Of a stretch of 64,000 nucleotides of DNA, positions 27,401 to 38,500 are shown piece after piece. The stretch covers positions 73,904,001 to 73,968,000 of the forward strand of contig NC_134468.1 in the NCBI RefSeq assembly GCF_964194025.1, read 5' to 3'. This DNA comes from Convolutriloba macropyga. Lineage: Eukaryota. The notes below the pieces were generated by a model. That model saw nothing but the letters and a program-made list of their open reading frames with translations. It ran no database searches and was not told the origin of the DNA. The position numbers and the translations under genes are program-made. Numbering within the stretch: position 1 is the stretch's first letter; each line of letters begins with the position of its first letter.

Positions 27401-28956
27401 TTTTCGAAAATGTTTTTCGAAAACAGCCGACACAATTATGCGAAGAGATCCTCAAAACAAAAAGAGTAAGTTCATTTTAAAAGAAACCCGCAAGTACAAA
27501 AGGATACAACATCAATTTTAAAATCTGAACAATGGCGCTGGACGATTCACTCTCGAACGAAAGCCAGAGGTGTGGAGGGTTTGAATGTAGCTTACTTGCG
27601 AGAGCAGGTGCAATGCCACTACCGGCTTCAAATAGGAGCTTCTAGGCCATTAAATGATTGTCATTTTTTTTAGGTTTTTCCGGCCGCATGAGTCAAGTAA
27701 CCTCGTTGGCACTATTTTGTTAAAGTTTGCTAAAATTTGAAATTGCTAAATCTATCCTCTCTAAACCGTGGATAGCTACTGACGAAACCAACGGTTCGCC
27801 GGTCGTTTGAGAGCAATTTACCCGGCGTTGGCTGGTTATGTTTAATTGCTCTCAAACAATGTTTGCAGCAATTATATTAGACATGTGGCCTTTTTAAATA
27901 CGATTTTTCGCTCGGCTGATTTTTCATCTGACCTTTATCACTTTTTGATCTCGAAAATGGGATAAACAGGTAGCGCCCAGAGGGCATTAAGTTCGCATAG
28001 GGCTTTCCAGCTGACTAATCTCCAAGTATGCGATTCACAGAAACCGCTTTGGAGACGTATACTCATGGTGTGAAGGGTGGTTCTTGACCCCCAATCCCAA
28101 TCCCAACCCCTTCACATCATTCAGACCGTCCTCTTAATCCCCTTTCCCACTCTAGCACCTCATTCCCGTAGCATTCACTCCCTGTAACCCCGAGCACTCA
28201 CTCCCCACCCGCGCTCACCACCCCTCCCCCACCTCAAATAAGCATAAGCTAAATTTAGCCTCCATAAGCCGCGCAGCTACCTACTGACAATCCAACTGCA
28301 GTTGACCGCTACATGCCTTAGTGGCTCGTGCGAATTGACTTGAATCTATTCGTTTCTGATCTACTGTCCTGTTGATGTATTGTCATAGCACCCTTCCGGT
28401 GAAAATCTGGGTATAAATTTGCCATTTTTCCTTGGAAAGGACTAAATTTAGTTTCCAAGTGAAATCTCTTCGACTTGATCACGCGTCCGTCTTTTCAAGC
28501 AACAGTTTTTTTGTCAATTCAAAAGCTTTACGATCAAAATAAACAGGTTTTACGTGAAATTCAATTTCTTTTAACGGAAAACTGTCAAATTTCTATATGG
28601 ATATTCTTGCTAAGTACTTTGGCAGGATTAAGAACAATTATAGTTCTGAACTTTTACTTATGTTAACACGATTTGATCTGGTACTGTTGAACGATTCTCG
28701 ATTTTTATTAAGTGTTTCCGTGATGTACATGCATCATTTGAGTTAATTTTTGTCTAAATTTAAGGACTACCTTAAGTTGGGCCCATTAGAATTGAAGATG
28801 TTGCAAATAGTGGGCAATCAAATTCCCATTCGCTCTCCTACCCCACCCACACAAGAAGAGTTGGAACTACAAGCTTACAACCCAGACGACTGGCCAGTGA
28901 CTCATAAAATGCTTCAAAATATCAAAATATCCAAGCGGAATCTTTGCAGTCAATAA
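12472..28956 (+). CDS. CCDC83: Coiled-coil domain-containing protein 83-like; exons 12472-12575, 12647-12731, 12806-12974, 19160-19327, 21529-21697, 23252-23365, 24525-25039, 25283-25380, 28765-28956 (537 aa as assembled; about 607 aa ending at 29174 if the 8-bp duplication is removed)
   Basis: All introns are GT-AG and phase-compatible. The spliced protein (…EAILAYQINIKEQ…ERNLKLKDEQLGHL…WLKQEAIRYRAEVERLEEEVRSLEQHNLHLMSKLFDCRMEDLNISRKFFLTQ…DYLKLGPLELKMLQI…) is collinear with vertebrate CCDC83 as I recall it (EALLDYQ, RNSRLKEEQ, WLKKE, CRLVDLKIPRRLYLTQ, DYVNLGPLGVKLM). Confidence 0.85.
13016..13290 (+). mobile_element. LINE 3' end fragment with (CTA)n tail, in CCDC83 intron 3
   Basis: Peptide NFWTRTARLMN…PCTWRILPLCGSC…*, then a short UTR and ctactactacta. 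Confidence 0.7.
13300..18140 (+). mobile_element. Near full-length decayed L2/CR1-group LINE: ORF1 (PHD finger), ORF2 (APE endonuclease + RT), downstream SGNH-like ORF, ctactacta end
   Basis: PHD CATCHKVAHLKCAG…WNCLDC (14043-14131). ORF1 end FWPSNVVHGRFF. EN motifs LLNARSL, GKGGG, GDVITMSDFDLP and PTHESGNIFDLIITN. RT motifs VPKCSILGPLLFTLY, YADDT and INPDKTEII. Three short tandem repeats (aagtcccggt) at 13850-13940 and a 45-bp in-frame duplication at 15746-15835. The 5' boundary is approximate. Confidence 0.85.
19426..20400 (+). mobile_element. Helentron-associated non-autonomous element (HINE/DINE-1-like), family A
   Basis: Shares its core (caaagaatttgaattgtattggggcgc…) with the 25754 copy. 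The 3' end is gcagctat + degraded hairpin + ctatg + T-rich run. Confidence 0.75.
21930..22950 (+). mobile_element. Decayed LINE RT fragment in CCDC83 intron 5
   Basis: AVFIDLKKALDT, VIPQGS and YLGVQIDK peptides in shifting frames. Confidence 0.65.
25701..28320 (+). mobile_element. HINE family B: copy 25701-27840 (interrupted by the family A copy) followed directly by a second copy from 27844
   Basis: 5' AATT(G/A)CTCTC-aaacgaagtttgt-AGCAATT inverted repeat. 3' subTIR GAGAGCAATT (27809-27818) + imperfect hairpin + tatg-ttt. Shared core ataaacaggtagcgcccag. Confidence 0.8.
25754..26746 (+). mobile_element. HINE/DINE-1-like element, family A, complete copy
   Basis: 5' TTTT-ATAGCTGCG…CGAAGCTAT inverted repeat and internal (CT)n at ~26476. 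3' subTIR CAGCTAT, hairpin CCGGCAatcTGCCGG (26727-26741), then a T-run. No target-site duplication. Confidence 0.85.
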
Positions 28957-29442
28957 GGAATCACGACAGTGATGCGACCAGTACAGTTGGAAAGAACACG
29001 TCAATGAACGAGAAAGATACAAGCATGACTAATGCGAATCCAGTCGCCACTGCTACTGCGAGCACTATGAGCAAGACCCAAGTCAGGGAGACTGATGGAT
29101 CAGTCGCCAGCTACCGTACCAGTCAGCAGTTGACAACCAACAGTCTTTCCGTGAACAAAATGCCAGCTTTGTAAACTTGAAATCAAACTTCATCCTTCAG
29201 AGATTCCATTGTTAATTTACTGCCTAATTTCATGTATCATACTTAGTGTACATTTGAGTCTGATTGTCTAAAATTGTAAATATGTATAAATTAGATGAAT
29301 CAAATTGCAATTTGTTGCTTTTCGAATTAATGTCAGTTCGAACAAGAGTCATTGTCTCAACTCTGCATATTTCGATTTGTTGAGAACGTAGCACAATTTT
29401 TCGGGCATCTTAATATTCAGGCATCTTTTCAGATTGTTGGAA

Positions 29443-32400
29443 ATGCCAAGCAAGCACCTTAATATTGCAATAGTTTGCTCGAGCAACCAGAATAGGAGCA
29501 TGGAGGCTCATTCTTTTCTTAGCAAAAAAGGATTCATGGTGAAATCTTTTGGCGTTGGAACAGCAGTAAAATTACCGGGTCCCAGCTCGGATAAGCCAAA
29601 TATTTACGATTTTTCAACTACGTACGACGAAATGTACAAAGATCTGTTCAGCCGAGATCCGCACTTGTACACTCAAAATGGAATCCTGCACATGTTAGAT
29701 CGCAATAGACGAATTAAACCGAAGCCAGAACAATTCCAAAAATGTTATGAGCATTTTGATTTAGTGATTACTTGTGAAGAGAGAATTTTTGATGAAGTTG
29801 TACTTGAGCTACTGCGAAGGGAGCAAACAGAATACAGAGCGTTACCTTGTCATGTGATCAACATTGATATCAGCGATAATCAGGTACCTGGAATTAAACA
29901 TCTATACTTAAGTTGACGACATATACGTTTTTGACTAGAGAAGATTTTTCAAAGCCGGACGGAAAGCGATAGCTGGGGGCTATTATTGGACTTACATTTT
30001 AACGTTTTTTTACGACTCGAAGAGTAGTATTGTTTTTCTTGAGGTTTCTACGACTCGAAGAGGATTATTGGTTTTACTGCGGTTTTTTAAACTGGAAGTA
30101 CTATTTATTCAGACGGCATTTTGACCTAAAAGCGAAAATGATAAAAATTTTGTGTGTGAAATATTTTTTTTCTGAGCGCGAGAACTTTTTTGTATGCAAA
30201 ATTTTGCTAGACCGTTTATGCGCTTTTTATGCGCCCCTGAACTGAATTAAATTGCCCGCTTGTCGTTCGGGAGCAATTCGTCCGACATGTGGGTTTATTT
30301 TTTCAATGGTGTAAAAACTTATTTTAAATTGCTCTTTTCAAATGGTATATTTTTAAAATGTGCTAATTAACGTGTTTAACTTCAAAGCAAAATTTTTGTC
30401 CATCTGTTGCAATTGTTTAAATTTTAATTGCCGCTCTCACCTCAGCCGGCTATTATATCGAGCATTTTTTACAATGCAATGTATTTAGATTGAATTGGTG
30501 CGCTGTCTTTTGTCCTGAGTGGTAGAGACAGCGAAAAAGAGCAGGATTGAAGAGTGATTTTTTCCAAAGTACCTTTGAAGTGGAGTGAGAAAGTAGAATT
30601 TCACCAAATTTTCGTTTTTGGTTTTTGAAAGTTTTTTTACGTGCGGCAATGACTTCTTTTTTTAATTACTAACAAACGAAGTTTGTAGCAATTATATTAG
30701 TCCTGTCGGTCTTCGATTATGTGATTTGTTGCTTGACCGATTTCTCGCCTGACGCTTTTGACTTTTCGTCCACAAAAACGAGATAAACAGGTAGCGCCCA
30801 GCGGGCATTAAGTGCTCTTAGAGCCTTTCAGCTCTGTTTCAGTTCAAACTGTTTTGGAGACATGGTGTGAAGGGCGGGGCATGGAGGTTGAAGACCCCTA
30901 CACTGTTGCCCCCACTATCCCCCCCCCCTCATCAGCCCTCGGTGACCCCCCCCCCCCCCCCCCGTTTCTAGCTACTGACGAACAACCGCTCGCTAAAGAC
31001 ACGCAAATTTTAAATATTGCAATTTCTCAAGCTTTTTGAATTTTTTTATTATTTTAAAAATCAGCCTTAGGTATCAAGGAACCTCCTCTTGGTTTTAATA
31101 ATAGATTACTGCATAGTTTCTTGTGGTAATGGAATGGTTTCAACATTTTAGCATCACGAATTTTTGCCTTTTTTAACAAAGCGTGTATTTTCCAATTTTA
31201 TTTTTCCTCTCATTTTATTTTATTTTTCCTTATTCAGGTCTTTCCAGACCCAGGGGCCAGGAAACATCCTAACGGGTTTGATAATAAGTTACTGACAAAT
31301 TTTTATTGGCCGTGGAATAGTTTTTCAACTTTTTAATGTCAGTTTTTTTGAGAAATTTTGGTTTTTTCAAGTTTTTTTTTCGAAATTTGTCTTATTTTGG
31401 TTTTTCAGCCTCAAGAGTCAAGGAACCTCATCTAGGGTTTGAAAATAGGTTACTGTATAATTTCTAGATGTAATGGAATGTCTTGCAAGATTTTGTTTAA
31501 CATCACGAATTTTAGCATTTTTCGACAATTTTTGCCATTTTTTTAAATTTTCATTGACATTTATAGAATTATTCACGTGAGCCTCACGGGTCAGAAAATC
31601 TCCGTTAGGGTTTTATTTTTTACTTGTCAAAATTTGTTGGTCAAGGATTATTTTTCAACATTTTTTATCAAAAGTTTTCGCATTTTATTATATATTGCAA
31701 TTTTTAAGGTTTTTTAGCCTTAAGAACAACGGAACTACCTCTAGGGTTTGATAATATCTTACTGTATAGTTTATAGATGTAATGGAATGTTTTTCAAGAC
31801 TTTAATATCACAATTTTAAGCAATTTTTTTAAAATATGTTCAGTTTTTTTCCTGTTTCTTCCGGCAGCAGGGGACCTGGGATCTCCTCCAAGGTTTGATA
31901 ATAAGGTGCTGCAAAGTTTCTAGAGTTAATGGGAAGGTGATCAAGATTATTTTGACTCCAGATTCAGTCATTTTTGGGTAAAATTTTAATTTTTTTTTCT
32001 AATTTTGAAAATTTTTGTCATGTTCCAAGTTTAATGATCTTTATGAGCCTGTGAAACTATTTCAGGCTTGAAACAGGGATACCGGATAGTCTCTTGAGAC
32101 AATGAAATGGTTCTTAAGATATTAATGTCCTGTATTATAGCAATATTTTGTTAAAATTTGCAATTTTTTCAAATTTCAAAATTTTGTGTCCTTTTCTGAG
32201 TTTAACGACCATTACTGGCCAACGAAACTTTTCAAGTCTCGGATGTGGGTTACTTGACAGAACTTTCGAGACAAAAATTGATTTTGAACATTTTTACTGT
32301 GCAGTTGGAACCTTTTTTAATTTTGGCTTTTTCAGTTTTTGCTTTATTTGCTAACAAGGCCAGAAAACTAGAAGATCCTGAGTCGAATCCCATCATGGAA

Positions 32401-32488
32401 AATATTCCTATTTCTTTCTCTCTCTGTCGGTTAGGGTTTCTTTCCCTCTTTTTCTCCTTCACGTTTTATCTCTCTCTCACACACACTA

Positions 32489-32530
<42 letters not shown>

Positions 32531-35500
32531 GATGCCGAACTTCAGCTACTGTTATGTGGCGTAATGTCATCATCTATGATCCTCATTAACAATGAGTAGA
32601 AATGTTCTTATCAAAAATGACTTAACAGGCAGTTTTTAGGAAATCATTGTTAGTTGCTCTCAAAAGCAATTTGTAACGAATATATTAATGCTGTTTGTAT
32701 CTTATGCAATTTTTCGCTCGACCGATTTTTCGTCTGACCCATTTGACTATCGTCTTCAGAAACGGGATAAAGAGATAGCGCCCAGTTTGCTTTAAGTGCT
32801 TTTAGAGCCGCTCATCGCACTAGTCTTCAAGTAGGCGATTAACAGAAACTGTTTTTTTTGTATGAAGGGCGGTTCTGGAATTTGATCCCACACCCCCATC
32901 CACTCACCGCCCCATTATCAGTCCCCACAATCCACTTTTGCACCCTCTCTGCGGTGCAACCTCGCTGCGCTCACCTTTCGCCCCTTCAATTAGTCTAAAG
33001 CTAGCCTCACTAAACCGTGGCTAGCTACTGCAGAAGCCAACCGGTCGTTAAAGAGCAATTCGCCCGACGTTAGTCGGTTATGTTCAGCGTTTCTCCTCCG
33101 GAGTGCTTTTAATATAATATTTATGCGTTCTAATTGCGCATAGTTGCAAATGCTTGAATTCATCAATGGGAAGCTAAGACTTTTTATGGCCTTGACCTCA
33201 ATTGTCTAAATTACTTAGCAAGTTTAATGACCGGTCAGAAAGTTCATTTTATATCAATGAATTAAGCTCAATTGAATATCCGGTTTTCGCGCCTTTTTTG
33301 TTTGTCTTATCATTTTCTTGTGCGGTGATGTTTTAACGAAAAGGCTGACTTCAGTTTTAGTCTATTATTTTTACTGAGTGAGATGACTTTCGTTTTCGAA
33401 ATGTCAATGTGAATTTTTGAATCTTGCCTTCATTTGGAGTTCTGTTTTCCTTCAACCATTAGAAATGCTTTGTAACCATGAGAAATGCTTTTTAACTTTT
33501 CTGGAAATGTATTTTGTGACTTCTTAAGTTTTAATGTTTCTTTTAGTGAGGGGCTTTGTCATTTAGTTCTGTGGTTTTGTTACTTTGACGCGACTGACTT
33601 CTCAAAAAATTTCTAATATTTTGCCTAGTCTTAAGTTTTGACTCCTTTTTGGTTTGTCAACCATTGATCCGCACACGGTTATTTTTCTGCGTACTCGTTT
33701 GTAGTGTCAATGATGTTTTAAAGTGTTGTTTTTTCCTGATTCTTCAAACTCTAGATCTTCTAACAACTGCTTTTGATTTTTTTCAAAATTTTGCTCATGT
33801 AGAGTCAGTGGCGTAATTGTCTATCTCAGTTTGACGTTGCTGTAAAGATGATAATTTTCAGGTCATTAGGCCATTCAAATGTTTAGATTCTACTTCAAAG
33901 CTTGTCGTGCTAATGTAACTTTGATGAATGAAAAAATGATAGCGTGTTTGATAGCTTGTTCAACCGTTTGATCTTAGTTGATTGTTAAGGTAAATGTTTT
34001 ACCTTAGTTGACAGCTTATTCAACATTTTGCGTGAAATCTTTGACTTCTCTAGGCTAATTTTTAGGTCATTAGGCCATTCACTTTTTTAGATTCTACTTC
34101 AAAGCTTGTGCTATGCTAGTGTAACTTGGTTGAATGAAAAAATGATAGCGTGGTTGATAGCTTGTTCGACCGTTTTACCTTAGTTGATAGTTAAGGTAAA
34201 TGTTTTACCTTAGTTGACAGCTTGTTCAACATTTTGCGTGAAATCTTTGACTTCTCTAGGCTAGTTTCACTCATCTGAAAGGGCTTTTCAACGGCAATTG
34301 CTGTGCAGAGCAGTCTAAAATACTCAGAATCAATGCCAAAAAACGAAATCAAAAACAAGAACGTGATAAACGCATTAAGCCAATTTTTAAATGCCCTCTA
34401 CTTGAACTTCGTTTTATTTACATTATCTGATGCGTTTTGGTATTGATACCAGCCACTGTATCATCTCATCAAAAGGCAAATATATGTCTGACAACGAAAT
34501 GAAATCAAAATAGCTTGCAATCGGGGTTCAGGTATTCAGTGGAGGTAATGATAATTTGGTTTTTGTAGAAATATTTTTTCGCGACTCTGATTCAATATTT
34601 AAGCATCTGGAAGTGCTTTTTAGTGTTTATGGGATCCTAATCATGCGTTTCTAGAGCAAAATCCGCTCATTTCACTATTTTTAGGTAATTTTTTGCGTTT
34701 CTTTCAATTTCTTTTATTTTTTAATCATTGGGCGACTTTTTTGTAATCAATGTACATGGTAACACAATTTTGATAATTCAGGCATTAAGTATCTTTTTAA
34801 TGTTAGGTGTTTTGTTACATAACAGTGTACACTTACTTATCCGAATAAAAAGGTCCAATTCTTCATCCAATTTTTTTTGTTTTGGTTTGATTTTGTAGAA
34901 TCAATTTTTCTTTGCTTGTTTGGGGGATTTTAATACCATGTACTTGATGAGCTAAATGGTTTTTGGCGTTAAGTATTCGGAATTCAATAAAATTTTTTTC
35001 ATAATTGCAATTTTAACAAGATTTTCACATTTAAAATATTCAATGATTCAAATCTTGAATTCTGTTTTTAATATTTTGTTTTGACAGGTCGATTAAGTAA
35101 TTTTATTCAATTGTCATTTCTTAGCAATGAAATGTACTTGTTTTTCTACTTACGTTGTATCAAGTTGTTTTTCAACTTCCAAATTAAGAGATATGAAGTT
35201 GCCTTTTTCTATTTTGTTCAATGTGACCGTACAATATACAGATTCTGTTTATTTGGCGCCTTATCGTCTCGAAATATCAATGCTGACTTTTTGCCATTAC
35301 CTTTTATTTTAATTCGCTGAGCCTTTATGAGTTCGTTTGAAGGTTCCGCTTTTTAAAATTTTCTTCAAGTTTTTGTTTGCAGTGATTTTCTTTTTCTTTG
35401 TAGTTGACGATGCAGCTGTCATTTTGTGATCATTTTTGAATCATATTTATGAATCTTTTGACTAATGGTTTTTTGTGATTTTTGTTGGGGCTGTATTTTT

Positions 35501-38500
35501 TATCGATTTTTGGCCTTTGAGTTTTAAACTTGATTTTTTTCTGATAAGTTTACTACAGCTTGATTTCAAGTTAAGAAAAACATCTCAAGCACGAGAAAAG
35601 CATATGTATGTTTTAAATTACTGTGGTGGCATAACAAAAATTTCTGTCTCTTGAAACCCAAATTTTTGTACTCATTTTTGCAAATCCTTTCATTTTCTAA
35701 AAATGCTATCTGCCTTATGTTTCTAAATGTGTCTTCTGAGTTGCAGAGTTAAAGGCTCCCGCACTTTTGATACCATATTTTTCGTTAAAGATATTTTGCT
35801 CTGTCAGTTTGTTGAGCCCATTAATATTTGTCCACCTTCGGTTTTTTGCTATTTTTCCAATTTCCCGGATGTTTCTAAGATTAACAGATTTCAGATTTTT
35901 TAGTGAGTTTCGGACAAAATCTTGTCTGCTCAAGATTTAAGTATATGATTTTTTTTGCGTTGTTGCTGGATACGATTTAATTGTTTGTTTGTTTGCTTGC
36001 TTCGATGATATGTCAATGCTATATGAAATTTTTTCTAGTTACGACAGGTCTTGCAATTTTTACCAATTTTGCAAGTTCCTTCTTGCTAAGCAAAGAATAA
36101 ACTGTTTTCCGACAAAAGATAATGATTTTGGGTAGAATTAGGATTTTTGGGGATGTTCCGACGCTTTGATTAGTTTCCGGAGCTTTTCTGGTTTTGTTTT
36201 CTGATTGGAATACTACTCGTTTGGGCGGCGTTTTGACCTGATAGCTAAAGTGAGTAAAATTGCCATGTTAACTAATTTTTCTGAGCGGGAGACGTTTTTT
36301 GTTCGTCCTGTACGTTGAATAGTTGACTGTTTGACTTTGAAATTTTTTTAAAGATATGCTGAGTAAAGATATGGATAATTGTTTCTGGTTGTTTTTCGAT
36401 CATTTGGCTGACCATTTTTTTAAATTTACTGTTGTTTTTTCTTTTTCCAGTTTTTATGATCGATTTTTTTCTAGTGGGTTTACTAATCATTTCATCTAGT
36501 CATGTCTAAGTCTAGTTTTTTGGTTTTTCAATAAAATTTTTTTAATTGTAGTTCTGGATTGGTCTTGCTATTTTTCATAATTTTTTTGTTCGGCCATAAG
36601 TCACGGTTAATTGAAATCTGCTTTTTTCTTTCGTGCAACTTGAATTTAATTGTCTGTTTGATGTCAATTTTCGCTCATACTGGAGCAAATTTTTTTGTTG
36701 TGCATTCAAGTGATTAAATTCTTGTTCATATGAGACAATGCGCTCTCAAAAATGAGTTCCTGACTTTTGAATTGGTTTTTGATTTCTTTAATTGAAGGTG
36801 ATGAGGTCAAGGAGGGATTTTTTACTCTAATTGAAGATTATTTAACGGAAGAAAGTAGACACAAAACGTAACTTATGCAGATTGCTCTAAATCAAAATAT
36901 CAGATCTGTGCAATTAGTTAGAAAAAATTGTATCTCAGTTCTACGACACTATGGGATATTTTTCCAGTTATCTTGCAGCTATGTTCATGACTAATACGCT
37001 CAGTAAAGTTATCTTTAGACATCTTTTATGAATTGTGGCTTACAGTTTTGCTATTTTCTATTAATTTCATTGAATTTTTTTCTGGTTCAATGTGTAATTG
37101 TAACAGGCAGGATTGGTAGTGTGCGCGCTCACTCAGCCATAATTTTGTTATTAATAGCCGCCCTCAATCTTCTCAGCCGGCTATTATTGCGTTCCTATTT
37201 TTTTAAAGTTCAAAGAATTTGAATTGTATTGGGGCGCTGTCTTTTTTTTAAGATCTGTTCACACATTTTCATGATTTTTGAAGTCAAATTGGAGTAGTGA
37301 TTTTGGACACGCCGAAGCAGGAAGTGGAGCGAAAAAGCGAGTGGTTTTGCGGCGTGAAATTTTTTCGCTCTAATTTTAAAGTAGAGTGAGAAAACGGCGT
37401 TTGAACAATAATTCGCTTTCTCGCTTGTGGTTTTTTGTTCACATGCGACAATTTCATTTTGAGGTTTTTTCTAAATTGTTTTTCGGAACCATTCATAAAC
37501 CGTTCTAGGTCTAGTTTTCTGTTTAGTCAATGAAAATTCTTTGAATTGTACGTCAGGACTTGTCCTGCTATGTTTTTTTTACTTCGTCGAACATTTTTTT
37601 CGCTTCCATTTTGCCTCTTGTTTGACATTTTGCGGCTTTTTCGAAATGTTTTTGACTTCTCTAGGCTAGTTTCATTCTTCTGTCATTCTTCTCGAAGTCC
37701 TTTTAAACAGCAGCTGCTCAGCAAAGCAATTCAAAATGAAGAGAGTCAGTATAAAAAATCAAAGTCAGAAATAGAAACGGGATAAACCCATAAAGCCCAT
37801 TTTAGATGCCCGGTACTTAAACTTTGTTCTCATAAGTTTTAGTTACTATCTATAATGCTTATTGGTATCGATACTAGACCCTGTAGCCTCTCACTGAGAG
37901 ATAAGAGTATGTTCAATTACGAAATGAAATCAAAATAAATAGCACTTAAAAATGCTTTTATACAAAAATCAATTTTTGTTGATATTTTCTTTTCTTTCAA
38001 TCCAAATAGAGTTATGGGAATCAACGGCGGCTTTTTTTCCGGCAATCTGCCGGGTATGTTATTTTGTTTTAGGCGTAAATGGTGCAATTCAGGCTGGTGA
38101 CGCCCATAGATAAATGTACTTTTTCTTTACCTATGAACAGATTACTGATAACGGTATCGAAAGTAATTAATATGGGATTTATTTTTCTGATCGGCTGATA
38201 ACGATTCATCAATTAAAGCAATTATTTTCTACGATTAGATTTAAAAATGACTGGATTTGCGTTAAAATTGTTCTGCCTTCATCAAAAATTGAAAGATAAA
38301 CTAGAAAAAGATTTTTTTGATCATTTTTTTACTTGTCGATCGACAAGATGAAGTTTTAATGGTTTATTCAGGTGGCGGAGCAATTATGCTTTGAATTACA
38401 TTTAGCCGAATTGCGCTCGTCGCTAACACGGAGTTAAATTAAGATCAGGAAATATAAATAATTGTTTTTGAAAGAAAAGTCCTCATTTTCTCAATGTTCC

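Noticed and set aside
27560-27630. tRNA/SINE-like stretch on the minus strand (B-box-like attcaaacc)
   Set aside because: No cloverleaf can be drawn and the boxes are degenerate.
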